A stretch of 64,000 bases of DNA, taken from NCBI GenBank assembly GCA_036867785.1, contig CP145414.1, positions 744,001 to 808,000 of the forward strand, read 5' to 3'. The notes beneath the pieces were generated by a model. It was not told where the DNA came from and searched no databases. It worked only from the letters and a program-made list of their open reading frames with translations. Shown here in pieces: positions 43,678 to 55,929 of this stretch (position 1 is the stretch's first letter; each line of letters starts with the position of its first letter). The stretch comes from Plasmodiophora brassicae. Its lineage: Eukaryota. Position numbers and translations under genes: made by a program.

Positions 43678-44268
43678 ATGGCGTCAAAGAAGAACCGGCG
43701 GGCACGGGTTGCTCCTGCGGCTTCAGTATCGCGACGTCGACGCTTGAAGAGCAAACTAGGCCGAAACTCTGATGCAAAAGCGTCTGTGTACAGCGCACTC
43801 ATTCGGCAGCATTGGGATAATGACAAAGGGGTCATAGAAGTAAGTTGATTTCCATTTACGGTTGCTGTAAGTACAGTCCGCTGACGATTTTTGATGTTCC
43901 AGAACTTCAAGGAGCTTGGTCTTTGCAGGGACGTCAACAAAGAATCCATTCGGTCGCTTGCGAGTGAGTACAAGGCCAGGATAGCTGGCGCCAAGGTGAT
44001 CCGACCAACGAAAAACGACGGCGCCTCGGAACCCGGTCGTCTGCACGATGCTCTCACTGAAATCCAAAACACTCGCGTCGTGATGCAACCCGCGCTACCA
44101 TCGTCGATGCCCGTCCAGGAGCAATGCCAAATCGCGGCCTTGATCCGCAAATATGGCGCTGACAACCTCGATGCCATGGCGAGAGACATCAAGCTGAACG
44201 TGTGGCAGAAGACGGCCGCACAACTCAAGAAGCGCGTTGCGCTCTACCTGAAACTGCAGGAACTGTGA
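43678..44268 (+). CDS. NOP16: Nucleolar protein 16
   Basis: 'WDNDK...NFKELGL..DVN' and 'LIRKYG.DN.DAMARDIKLNVWQKTAAQLKK'. One intron at ~43840-43902. Confidence 0.88.
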
Positions 44269-44557
44269 TATATGCTGCCATAACTGATAAAAGACACGTC
44301 GTCTGCGAGAACGTTTTTGAACTGGCAATCGCGTGGACAAATTTGCGCCGTCAAAGATCGAACTGCGTGTGGTCAGCGCCGGTCGCCGTTTGAGCTCAGT
44401 GCTAGTGCTCAGGCCGAGCGAGAGGCAACGCCTGTGTGTGTGCCATTGTGCGAACTGAGACGGGCCGCTCCCGGTTTACATACGATACCGTATATCTGAC
44501 AACGCTGGGATTGGGCAGCACCACTGATCGGCAGCGAGGCTGGCGTCGCTCCCGACG

Positions 44558-46489
44558 ATGCAGATCGGCAACCTGAACGTCAATGTAAACTCGATTGTGA
44601 ACAAGGTCCGCGACCAGATCGAACAGTACAGGGGCAGCGAGATCGAGAAGAAGGTCAAGGAAGCCACGAGCAGCGCCAATTGGGGCGTCACTGGGCAGGT
44701 CAAAGAGGACATTGCACGGGCCACATATGATTATACTGGATACTCAGAGGTAATTCGACGTATTTCAACTTCGTTTTCCCGTTTCCGAATAGGATGCCTC
44801 ACACGCGCATACTTGTCAGGTCATGGGCATCCTGTGGAAACGGATGGGGGAAAGCGGCAAGAACTGGAGAATGGTCTTCAAGTCGTTAGACCTGCTCGAA
44901 TACTTGCTTAAGCGAGGGTCGGAACGCGTCGTTTCGGAAGCCAGGGAGAGACAGTATCAAGTTTGAACTGCGAATCGTTGGTTAGGCCTTTCGTAGGGAA
45001 TGCTGATACGTACCTCAGATCCGCACACTTAAAGACTTCCATTTCAGCGAGCAGGATGGCCGTGATAAGGGTGGCGGTATTCGCGAGAAGTCCAGGTACC
45101 GGTCGCTTGTAACGACGTTGATCTGTGTATCGTGAACTCCGAGGCAGGGCGATCTGCGAACTCCTCAACGACGATGCAGCCCTGAAGGCGGAGAGGCAAA
45201 GGGCCAGAACCACCCAAGCCAAGTACACTGGACTAGGTTCATACGGCTACGCCGCGAGCAATTACAGGTAACAATTTCGCTACCAGTATTCGTCGTCAGG
45301 TTGCTGACGATATGTTTGTAGGGGGTTTGACTCATTCGACATGCCAAGGTGATTTGGGATTCACACACTCTTCGAAGCCGTTCTGATATTCTGCCTGGCG
45401 TAGAGAAGAGCCTGCGGCGACTGGTCGATGGCGCGATGAAGAGGGTGGTGACGCCCAAGCCGAAATTAAGAAGGAGAAAAAGAAGAACAAGAAGAAGAAG
45501 AAGCCAAAGAAGGGCTCATCAGCGGCTGCCGACAAGAATGATGAACTCAGTGACGATGTCCTTAGTGAGTCTGAGGAGGAGGAAAAACAAGGGACCGCTA
45601 TTCAGTGTTCGTCGACGGTTAGCGTTGCAGCGTTTCCGGACGTATCTGATTTTGTGTGAACAGACGGTATCCCAGACCCGCTCCCGCCCCCAAAGGACAA
45701 GAAAAAGAAGAAGCGGAAGAAGAAGCAGTCGTCGCAGGAGGTGGATCAGCCAATACCTGATCTCTTCTCGGCTGATGCTGCTGCCACTTCGACAGCGGCA
45801 TCTGTTGATGACATTTTGGGAATGGCGTTCTCGGCTCCTGCCCCAGCGCCATCCCAGGCCTTTCCTCCGGTGCAGCAACTTCAACCCCAACAGCACCCAT
45901 CGTTCGCGTTTCCGGACGTTCGCGGCGGTTTGACGTCTGACAGTGAAGAGTGGGGATTCGTTTCTGCTTCTACGAACCCGCATGGTTCTCCCCCATTCAC
46001 AAGTGCCGCGCCCTCGAACGCTCCATTTGATCCGTTCTTTGCGAACTCTAATCCGGCGCCTCCTCAACAACCGGTTTTCACACCGTCAACAACTCAGCTA
46101 CAACAGCCGAGTCCTTTCCTGTCGCCAACGTCAGCTGCACCAGTCCAGTCTTTTCAGGGCAACGCAAGCGCAAGCCCTGCCGCTAACAGCCTGTGGGACA
46201 GCAGCCTGATCGATCTCGGTGCGTTGTCACTTTCATCTGGTCCTCCAGCTAAGAACGCGATGTCTTCTACTCAACCCGCAGCGTCGAAGCCACCCAATGC
46301 CTTCGTAAGTGGTTAATTGTTCCTATCGTGTTCGCGCTCTGACATACTGACGCTCTTGCCACCTCGTAGTCTCCATCGATGTTCAGCTCTCCTGCGCCAT
46401 CGAACAACCCGCCGCAACCGAATCTCTTATTCAGTGGGTTCGACTCTCCCGCCCCGACGCCTGATGGTTTCAATCCATATGGGCTCTAA
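44558..46489 (+). CDS. ENTH-domain epsin/CLINT1-like clathrin adaptor
   Basis: 'EIEKKVKEATSSANWG', 'KNWRMVFKSLDLLEYLLKRGSERV', and a low-complexity tail with DLF/DPF/'WGFVSA' motifs. Confidence 0.9.
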
Positions 46490-46612
46490 CGCCGTCTATT
46501 ATATCAGTACACATTATTCAAACTTCAGACGCAGACTGAATAACGCTTGCCCCGGAGCTGTACGCAGAACGAAATGGGATTTTGCCGCTTTTCATTCCGA
46601 GAGGATGCGGAA

Positions 46613-47416
46613 TCATACGATGAGGAGCGCCGAAAAGAAGGCCAGCGCAGCGGCAGTGCCAGGCAGGACGACAGACGAATCACTCTTCAGCTGTCGCTTC
46701 ACTTTCGCTTCCTGCTCCTTCTTATCCGCCTCCGTCTTGGCCTTGCGCGCGACTTGCTGCTTGTGCAGGTAGCGAAGCCCAGCCGTACCAGCCGCAAGAG
46801 TGCCTACAGTGGCGCCGGCGACGAGCATGCCGGTCTTCGTCTTCAGCCACTGGCCGGCCTCAGTCAGCTTGGATTGTAGGGTGCCAGCGCTGGCACCCGC
46901 CTGAGGCTGGAGCTCCTCACCAGCCGGTTCCTCGTTTAACGTCTGCTCCAACGAGCCAGGCGCAGGTGGAGACGACTCGCCTTGGAGTACAGTGGCACGC
47001 GGGACCTCGCCCTGTGGGGCAGGCTCAACGGTAGGAACAGGGCTCGGTTGTGGTGTCGTCGCCGGGTGTTGTGGTGGCACGGGCTGCTGCGTTGGCGGTT
47101 GTTGCACTTCGTCACCAGAAGACCCGAGAAATCTGCTGAAGAACCACTGCTTCCGGGTTTCGCGTTCCTGGGGAGCTGAAGGTTGGCTCTCACCGTTCCC
47201 AAACAGATTGCCAAACAAGGACGGTTGTCGAGCAGGAGCAGGCTGTTGTTCCGGCTCGCCGACTACCCAGTTCTTGACGGCTCTGTAGCCGTCGCCGACT
47301 TTGCGCCTCACGTTGTCCACAACACCCTGGTCGGTGGACGCCTGCTGCGGACGCTCGGCCGACGTCGCGCACGCCAGTACGACACCGGCAAGAGCAAGGA
47401 CCCAGAGGAGCTTCAT
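46613..47416 (-). CDS. Secreted/surface protein, family paralog 1 (267 aa)
   Basis: Intronless ORF with signal peptide 'MKLLWVLALAGVVLACA', Q/P-rich middle, Gly/Ala hydrophobic segment and hydrophobic C-terminus. Confidence 0.85.
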   Translation of the reverse strand: MKLLWVLALAGVVLACATSAERPQQASTDQGVVDNVRRKVGDGYRAVKNWVVGEPEQQPAPARQPSLFGNLFGNGESQPSAPQERETRKQWFFSRFLGSSGDEVQQPPTQQPVPPQHPATTPQPSPVPTVEPAPQGEVPRATVLQGESSPPAPGSLEQTLNEEPAGEELQPQAGASAGTLQSKLTEAGQWLKTKTGMLVAGATVGTLAAGTAGLRYLHKQQVARKAKTEADKKEQEAKVKRQLKSDSSVVLPGTAAALAFFSALLIV

Positions 47417-47836
47417 GATTGTGACTGATGCGCGTGTTGTTGCTCAAATGACGGCAGCGATGCACGCCGACGAGATGCTATCGACCGGGCGATCCGATCC
47501 GGTTTGACGACAATCGGGTCAACAGAGAACTGCCGTCGCGGTCCACCGCACGGACAATCTGCGCGCGACACCCAGAGCCATTTTTAGGTTGGCACCAACG
47601 TCACTGGCGTCACGCACGAAACTTACGGGGTAAACCGAATGCCCGGCCTAAAATTAGACCAGACCGCCGAATCGTCGCCGACCGCCCGATCCGTCACGCC
47701 TTTAATCGCCGGACAGATCAGCCGCTGAACAGGTTGCAGAATCAGGGACGCAGTTTGCCATGCTACTGGCTATAAGCTCCAGCATATACAGGCAATTAGT
47801 GTCCGCCTCCTTCTCAGTCGAGGGCTAACATAGCGC

Positions 47837-49850
47837 CTATTTCTTAATAGGTTGGGCCCTCGGTGGCCGGCTGAGTGCACGGCGTACCAGTCGACGATAA
47901 GGAAGACATTCGTCTGCGGCGAAACCGAGAGCGACCGGCCGGGGAGTCCGACCGAAAGGGCCCGCTGCAGGCGCCGCTCCAAACGGTGTACATGACATAA
48001 TCTCTATTTCCGACAACGTCTTACCCTTTGCCCTTTGGCCACCTGGGACCGATTTAGCAGCAGTTGCCGTTTTACTCAACGTCAACCCAAAGTGCTTCTC
48101 CAAACCCCGAGTCAATTCCGTTGCGCCTCTCCTCACTCCGATGCCGGTCAGTCGCCACATCTCCAAATACAGAGCACGTTCGTTCTCCAGCCGACCTTTC
48201 TCATACCGAATGAAAGCTTCCGCTAGAGCGTCCGGATCCGCTTGTCGATCGACCAGGATAAACTTATCGGATCGGTTAGTGGATCGCGATGATGTTGGGT
48301 GGAATCGGTCCTGATCATAGCAGTACTGAATCAGGTGGTCGCATTCGTGAATGGTCTTCGCATTGAAAACGCCGCTGACGCCGCTTCCCTTCGAAAACCG
48401 CCCAGGCGCGAGGGTTGGTTGCAGCAACGGCGGTGATGGCGTCACGGTCGAAGAGCATCGGGAGGAGGGGGGTCCGTCCGACTACGTCCAGCAGGGGAAG
48501 GATAGCTCGTGCTCCGAAATCGACTGGTACCTGCTTGACAATCATGTGCAGCGCGTTTCACGAACTCCAGCTGAACGTCATGGGCGTCTGCAATCTAAGC
48601 TGTGAGAAGGTCAGGCAAGAACGCCGGGGCGATTGTTGCCAAGGGCGTCGACGTCACCGTTCCCGCGGGTACCGAAACCTTTGTCGACAATTGACTTTAT
48701 CGGTTGTGACATGGTTGGATTCTATTAACGTCGTTGCCATGAAAGGTAGCGCCTTTGCTAGGATGCCGGCCGTCGCTGCAACCAACCCTCGTGCCTGGGC
48801 GGTTTTCGAAGGGGAGCGCGTCAGCGGCGTTTTCAATGCGAAGACCATTCACGAATGCGACCACCTGATTCAGTACTGCTATGTTCAGGACCGATTCCAC
48901 CCAACATCATCGCGATCCACTAACCGATCCGATAAGTTTATCCTGGTCGATCGACAAGCGGATCCGGACGCTCTAGCGGAAGCTTTCATTCGGTATGAGA
49001 AAGGTCGGCTGGAGAACGAACGTGCTCTGTACATGGAGATGTGGCGACTAACCGGCATCGGAGTGAGGAGAGGCGCAACGGAATTGACTCGGGGTTTGGA
49101 GAAGCACTTTGGGTTGACGTTGACTAAAACGGCAACTGCTGCTAAATCGGTCCCAGGGTGGCCAAAGGGTGCGTAATAGGTCAGGCAAGAGTGACGGGGC
49201 TCCAAACCCCGAGCCAATTCCGTTGCGCCTCTCCTCATTCCGATGCCGGTCAGTCGCCACATCTCCATGTACAGAGCACGTTCATTCTCCAGCCGACCTT
49301 TCTCATACCGAATGAAAGCTTCCGCTAGAGCGTCCGGATCAGCTTGTCGATCGATCAGGATAAACTTCTCGGATCGGTTAGTGGATCGCGACGATGTTGG
49401 GTGGAATCGGTCCTGATCAGTACTGAATCAGGTGGTCGCATTCGTGACTGGCCTTCGCTTTGAAAACGCCGCTGACGCGCTTCCCTTCGAAAACCGCCCA
49501 GACACGAGGGTTGGTTGCAGCATCGGCCGGCATCCTAGCAAAGGCGCTACCTTTCATGGCAACGACGTGAATAGAATCCAACCATGTCACAACTGATAAA
49601 GTCAATTGTCGACAAAGGTTTCGGTACCCGCGGGAACGGTGACGTCGACGCCCTTGGCAACAATCGCCCAGCACCCTTGCCTGACCTTCTCACAGCTTAG
49701 ATTGCAGACGCCCATGACGTTCAGCTGGAGTTCGTGAAACGCGCTGCACATGATTGTCAAGCAGGTACCAGTCGATTTCGGAGCACGAGCTACCCTTTCC
49801 CCGCCCTGCTGGACGTATTCGGACTGACCTCCCGCCCTCCCCCTCGGGGC
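47837..49850. repeat. Inverted triplication of a disrupted unknown ORF (copies A-, B+, C-)
   Basis: 48031-48432 is the reverse complement of ~48769-49169, and ~49200-49830 is the reverse complement of ~48470-49101. The copies differ by substitutions and frameshifting indels. Confidence 0.9.
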
Positions 49851-50807
49851 TCCACGCGCGGCCGTTGCAAGGCCGTGGGTCCGCCCGTGTCCACGTTGCT
49901 CAACGGTATGTACTCGAAGGGGGATTATCTCACGGCGTAAGAATTGGGCACGGCGAAGCGCGCGATGATGAACAGAGATATGAGAGAGTGAAATCCCGTT
50001 TATGTCGGTGTCTACCATCGTCCCTACGAAGGCTGTGCACCAAGTAAAACGTCAGTTTCGCATCGCTAATAACGGTATAACGTATATCCCGTCTCGGTCA
50101 AGTTGACCTATACATTCCGAGTCAAGAAACGTCGCGGTTGTAATGCATGACCACGACACTACGGTTAGCAAGGCGACCTACGAGAGGCATGCGAAGTCAG
50201 TCGGACGTCGATGAACACGTGAAGGGGAGCGTCAACATTGGCAAGAACTCGTAGCCGAAACGATTTGCTGATTGTAGCTCTGCTAACGAATAAAACGATA
50301 CAAACATTCCATTTTCCGCATGACAACATCGGCGATACCATCAAGTCTGAACGTTGACAGTTTACGCTAACGGAACCTCATCATGTGGTGTTACGTCCTG
50401 GGTGTCGTTGTTCTGCAATTTCAGCCACTAACCGTACTGGCCATCTTCGGGCTGGGGTGGCTCCCGGGCGTATCGCGGAAGGTCGTCCGCCAACGTCGCA
50501 CTATAGGAGCGTTTGCTGTCACGTGTCTCTCGATGTTGGCATTTGGGGCCGGCAACCTGACCGACGTCCCCCGTTGTGCCCGGCACGGCTTCTGAGGGAC
50601 GGATATGACGCTTCTACCTACATAGATTACCCTGCAGAGTTGAGGCGAACAGACGTCCATAACGTCATCAGCCATATCCCGTGATGACATGCCACGTCAG
50701 GCAATGAGAACGCTACTTGCTGAGCCTATTTGGCTGTTTAAAACGAACAAGGGATTTGACGTGTTTTCATGGTATGGGGTGCGGGGATGCATAGGGATAG
50801 GCCGGTA

Positions 50808-51410
50808 TCACACGAAGAGCATCGTCGAAAACAAGGCCAGTGCAGCTGCAGCGCCAGGTAGGACGGCAGACGAGCCACTCTTCACGTCGGCCTTGAGTTT
50901 CTCTTCCTGCTCCTTCTTATCTGCGTCCTCCTTGGCAATGCGCGCGGCTCGCTTCTGGTACAGATAGCGCAGTCCAGCGGTTCCAGCCACAAGCGCGCCT
51001 GCAGTGGCACCAGCGACAGCCATGCCGGGCTTCGTCTTCAGCCACTCACCAATCGCGACCATTGTGGAGCGAGGAGTGACGTTGCCGGTGTCCTCCACCT
51101 CGAACTCCTCGTCAGACGACTCTTGATCCCGTTTGGACCCGAACCACCTGCTGAACAATGACTGCGCAGGATTGGATTCTTGGTCAGCTGGAAGTTGGAT
51201 TTCAGACTTGGCCAACTTGCGGATCGGTAGCGACTCTGCTGCTTCCTGCTTGCCGCCCCACCATTTCTTGACGACACCGACGGCGTCGCCGGCTTTGCGC
51301 TTGACGCCGTCAACAACTGCGTGGCCAGTGGATGGCCCCTGCTGGGGCTCGGCAGGTGCCGCGGACGCCAGCGCGACACCAGCAAGGACCAAGAGCCAGA
51401 CGATCTTCAT
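50808..51410 (-). CDS. Secreted/surface protein, family paralog 2 (200 aa)
   Basis: Signal peptide 'MKIVWLLVLAGVALASA'. The C-terminal ~80 aa is highly similar to 46613-47416. Confidence 0.85.
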   Translation of the reverse strand: MKIVWLLVLAGVALASAAPAEPQQGPSTGHAVVDGVKRKAGDAVGVVKKWWGGKQEAAESLPIRKLAKSEIQLPADQESNPAQSLFSRWFGSKRDQESSDEEFEVEDTGNVTPRSTMVAIGEWLKTKPGMAVAGATAGALVAGTAGLRYLYQKRAARIAKEDADKKEQEEKLKADVKSGSSAVLPGAAAALALFSTMLFV

Positions 51411-51746
51411 TACTCGGACACACGAACCGACAGCGACAATCCGAACTAACGCGAGCGATCAATTGCAAACTGCCGGCGCACGCGGTGCGGGCAGCGGGGC
51501 CCGCGGACCACGGACAGCTGCACGCGTCAGCCTCAGGTGCCTGTTTAGAATCGGGGGCCCCACTCGCCGCCCGCGGACGGAAATAGAGCAACTGCAGAGT
51601 GCACACACAGCACTGTCGAGAGGGGCTAATTTTGGAACGAACTGTCCAACCCGTGGGTGGGGCCGGGACGGGCGAACAGGATGGCGCGAACCCCCGAGTA
51701 TCAAGTGGCGACGCAACGGCATCAACAATGCGGCAGAGGGAACCGG

Positions 51747-53770
51747 TTAATTTACGACGCCTTTGTTCTCGATATCCCGGACCTCGGCCTTCTTTCCGAC
51801 CCGACGGCGCTTCGTGCTAGGCTCCTGATGCTCGTGTTCAAGCTGACGCACGATATCAGAATCAGGAGCATGGAATTCGTGCTGTGATTTGAACAGACCG
51901 TATCTGAAATGGACGCTCTGAAATTACGGAGGCCGTCGTTGCCGGGCTCAATCGCGAGCCCTGCGTCACAATCCGCCAGGGCATGGTCAAGATCGCCGAG
52001 GGCAACATGGAACCTTGCGGAAACCAGGTGAGCTTGGATGCAATTCGGATCGAGCCGAAGTGCCTGTTCGGCATCCTTTAGGCCGTTCTTCAACTGACGC
52101 AAACCTAGCCTCGCTCGGGATCGCAATAGAAAGTACTCGCAGCATGGCTCTTTCCTGACGCACACGCTTGCGTCCTGATTCGCCTCCGTGTACCGCTCAA
52201 GGTCCAGCAAGCAGTTTGCACGGTTTGCCCGCGCTGACAAAGAAGATGAATCAAAGGACAAGGCACTGGTGAACGCGGCGACTGCATCTTCGTTTCTTTG
52301 CTGATACGTCGCGACCATGCCTGAAGAGCACCCGAATGTCACAACGGCGCACACACAACCTCACCGATACTAACCGATAATGAAATGAGCGACGTAAAGG
52401 GCGGACTTGTCCTTGTCAGCACTAGCCAACTGGATGCATTTCATAGCGGTTTGGGCACTTTCCTGTACGACAAATTAAACACGTTTCGATACATTCAGCC
52501 GACTGGCGTGTGTACCATCATTGCTGAAGTGCAAAACTTGACCCAAGCTAGGCCCACAAGGGCGTCGACGTTGTCAGGCTCGACCGACAATACCGAATCG
52601 TAATCAGCAAGCGCCTCTAAGGACAGAGTAAGCATCCAAACCATCTTCAGCAATCTTCAGCGATACCAGTCACCTTTCCAGTCTTCCTTGTCGGCGTGGA
52701 GCTGCCCCCGAGCAATAACGGCATCCAGCATGTCTGGGCGGGCCTCGATGACGGCGGTGAAATCAGCGATAGCGGCGCCCAGTTCACCATTGCGAGCATG
52801 CATGTCGCCACGTAAGGCACGCAGCTTCATATCTGCCGGTCGAAGCGATACGGCCACGTCCATGTCGGCAAGACTGTCGTCCTTCCGATCAAGGAGGAAC
52901 AAGATGCCGGCTCTCACTTTGTAGAGCGCCGCGTTACTAGGATCCATATCGATACCGAAAGTAACGTCTTTGAGCGCCAGGGATAGTGACGGTGGGTCAT
53001 CCATGCAATTGCAGACGGCACGATTCGCATAGGCCTGCAATGCATCGGTAAGCATAGGCACAGACAAGGCCACACACTATAGGGCTCACCTCTGGGAACT
53101 GAGGATCGAGTTCGATGACCATGTCGCAGTCCAGTCGTGCTCGGGCAATGTCCCCTAGTTGTAGATATATCGCAGACCGCGTCGAATAGAACCGTGGACT
53201 GTGCTGACGTCAGACTGGAAGTGGATGCAGGACGATAGGCGTACGCAGATGGCACAAGTGCGATTGCCCGATCGATATCAGCGAGAGCAGCGGTGAGGTC
53301 GCCCATATCCAGGTAGTGCATCGCGCGTGAGTTCAGCGCTTCACAATTATCTTGCGGCGCGACTCAGTAACGCAGGCGTTTGTGAACACATTGCCGTCCA
53401 CCAGTACCTGGATTGATGCTGATCGCGGAGCAGATGTCGCTGAGAGCTCGCTCCAGGTCCCCGGTGCCCGCTGCAGCGACGCCCCGCATGCAATACAATC
53501 CGGAGAGGAACCCTGGACGCCAACACCACATCAGTACGCATTGTGGCAGATGTACATCCATGGCGTACGCGTATTAATGGTCGGGCGGGCCTTCTTGATC
53601 GCGTTGTCGAGAATCGTGAACGCATCGCCGCACCGTCCCTGAATGATGAGCCGCCCGGCCTGATCGGCAATCGTCGACCCGGTTGGAGGATCGCGCGCCG
53701 CCTTCGACGCATTCGGCTGCAGCAGCCGCGCCAGGACGTGCGGCAGAGCGGGCGATTTCACGGGCGCCAT
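51747..53770 (-). CDS. Multi-TPR repeat protein, multi-exon
   Basis: Many TPR units ('AYANRA', 'AIADFTAVIEARP', 'ALADCDAGLAIEP') and a possible C-terminal NLS 'KRRRVGKK'. Confidence 0.85.
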
Positions 53771-54035
53771 CGCCGACACAGCGGGGACCTCCGCCAGTCG
53801 TGAAACCCCGCCAACCCCCCAAAAACCAAGTGGCCTGTCGCCCGCAATACCAATACGCCACCCAGCAACGTTTGCAGCATTCATTACCTATTGTAATACA
53901 TCTGTAGGCATATGTCGCACGGACTACCTATATGCAACACTGCCCTCGACGACGAAATGGCTCGCACGCTACCGGGAGGGTTACAGTAATAGTGTTTGTA
54001 TTCCAGTTGCGTCGGAGAACGTTTGGATGGACAAT

Positions 54036-54312
54036 CTATTTCTTAATGTCGGTCTTCTTGAGGCCAGGCGGCAGCGACTGCGTTAGCTTGTCGGCCTTCT
54101 GCAGGTCTGTGACGACGAGCGTGTACAGATAGCGACTGCAGCGGATCTTGAACTTAACGTTCTCCTTGGAGCGTTTGATCACAACGCCCTTCGCATCGGG
54201 TCGGTGCGTCTTCTGCAGGAAGTCGCGGATATCCTTGATTTGCTTCGGCTAAACCAGACGAGTCAGTGCACCTGGAATCGATGGCATCAGCAACCACGGA
54301 TCAACGGACCAT
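54036..54312 (-). CDS. RPL38: 60S ribosomal protein eL38 (absent from the ORF track; ATG-only first exon)
   Basis: ATG|intron|[11 protein letters not shown]...[29 protein letters not shown]. Confidence 0.96.
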
Positions 54313-54420
54313 AGCGACGGCAACGACGGCGGCGATTGACACCAGCAGCGGATCGCGAACTCCGTGCGGACTCCGTTCCCAAATATATGGGCCAGTCCCC
54401 TAATATTATCGATACCCTGT

Positions 54421-55929
54421 TTATTCCGGTGGGCTCAGATCAGAGTTCGAACTTATTTCTGATGCGACTCTCTGGTGAGGCGGAAAGACGTTCGATTTTC
54501 CAAAGAGGGACGCGTCGTGTTGGACTTGCGGCCATTCCCGAGGCACTGATCGCCGACGTTTCATTCGGAGTAGCCGGTCCTTAATCCTCCTCCTGGCCTC
54601 AACGGAGGATGCCGTATCGTCATCATTCGAAGAGTCGTCTGTAGATAGTGCATGATCAACGCTGCCGCTGCGAATCATTTGACTGATGCCCATCTGGCCG
54701 GCAATGACGACAGGAGGTAGCGACATGGCGCGCTGGGCGGCCGCCATTGCTGGCGCCGACATCGTCGGAAGCGAATTGCCCCGAGGCCGTCGCTGTACGC
54801 TTGATCCAGTTCTTGACAAGAGCCGTTCAAGACGCTGTCGTCCCCTGACGACAGCGGCCACTGCTATGGACGCCGCCTTTCCCCATGAAACGATAGGCGC
54901 GTCAGACGGGTTGGTATCGCTGGAGATGTTGGCTGGTATCGAGACCGCTCTCGGCACGACCACTGGAACTGGCAGGTGAACGGGAACCTTCACTTCGTCG
55001 ACGTTGCTTTCACCACTACTCAAAGATGAAATGCTCGTATCATCGGAGATGCCGATTCCGCCCGCGGTGGCCCGAGGTGGCGCAAGGAGATGTGACGTAC
55101 TTGTGGATTCCTGTCGGCTCCGAGCATCACCCAATAGACGGGTCCCAAGCCATTGCCTTAACCGCCTCCATCGTCGACCCTTCTGGGTCGGGCGTGGCAT
55201 AGGTGCTCCTGGGCCTGCGACTTCTCCAGTCGCGGTCCCGGTCGATGAGTAATCAGGAATCTCGGTAACCGTTATAGACATCTTCCTCATGCTCTCACCG
55301 GACACGGTACGATCCTTCTTCGTTGCAACTTGTCCGGCTTCCACCAAGGATCGGCATGAGGAGAAGAAGCGGTCGTACGGTTTCAGATGCGAATAAGCAT
55401 CCAGACAGTGAACCGCTTGCAGCGACCGCATGAACAGCAAGTCGCTGTGCCGAAACGCAATCCTGTTCGTCACATCGTCGAGCCAGCGGACGATGGCATC
55501 AGGCGTCGCCTGCCCAGGAAGCCACGCAACTGCCACCGCGACCACGAACTGGAAGAATGATCGTTGCTCGACATGGTTGCTGCGCAGGTTGTCGGTCGCC
55601 GACGAAAGATCCGCTAGGCCCAGCGATCGCGCCTGGCTCGGCACGATATCGGGGAACAATGCGGCGCAGAGGCGAGCATGGAACGGCAAGAACTCCACAG
55701 AGGAGATGCTCGTCCTTGGGAATTTGTCTAGCGACGACTCGAACATGATCCAGATTAACGACAAACGTTTGACAACGTCTGGGTGTCGTGACAGAACGTC
55801 GATGGGTGCAAACGGACCATCAGACGCGGCTCTCCAACCAGCAATAATATCCTCAACGCCCGAGTGGTGGCGTGACTTTGACAGGGGTTTCGCTCGAGAC
55901 AGCGCAGGTGGGTTGGCGACAGCGTCCAT
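54421..55929 (-). CDS. Uncharacterised ~500 aa protein with helical (degenerate EF-hand-like) N-domain and Ser-rich tail
   Basis: Single long ORF. 'ISSVEFLPFHARLCAAL...FFQFVVAVAVAW' is followed by a low-complexity region. Confidence 0.65.
   Translation of the reverse strand: MDAVANPPALSRAKPLSKSRHHSGVEDIIAGWRAASDGPFAPIDVLSRHPDVVKRLSLIWIMFESSLDKFPRTSISSVEFLPFHARLCAALFPDIVPSQARSLGLADLSSATDNLRSNHVEQRSFFQFVVAVAVAWLPGQATPDAIVRWLDDVTNRIAFRHSDLLFMRSLQAVHCLDAYSHLKPYDRFFSSCRSLVEAGQVATKKDRTVSGESMRKMSITVTEIPDYSSTGTATGEVAGPGAPMPRPTQKGRRWRRLRQWLGTRLLGDARSRQESTSTSHLLAPPRATAGGIGISDDTSISSLSSGESNVDEVKVPVHLPVPVVVPRAVSIPANISSDTNPSDAPIVSWGKAASIAVAAVVRGRQRLERLLSRTGSSVQRRPRGNSLPTMSAPAMAAAQRAMSLPPVVIAGQMGISQMIRSGSVDHALSTDDSSNDDDTASSVEARRRIKDRLLRMKRRRSVPREWPQVQHDASLFGKSNVFPPHQRVASEISSNSDLSPPE

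Noticed and set aside
50640..50675. CTGATGA on the minus strand (possible hammerhead ribozyme core)
   Set aside because: No correctly placed GAAA or stems I/III could be found.
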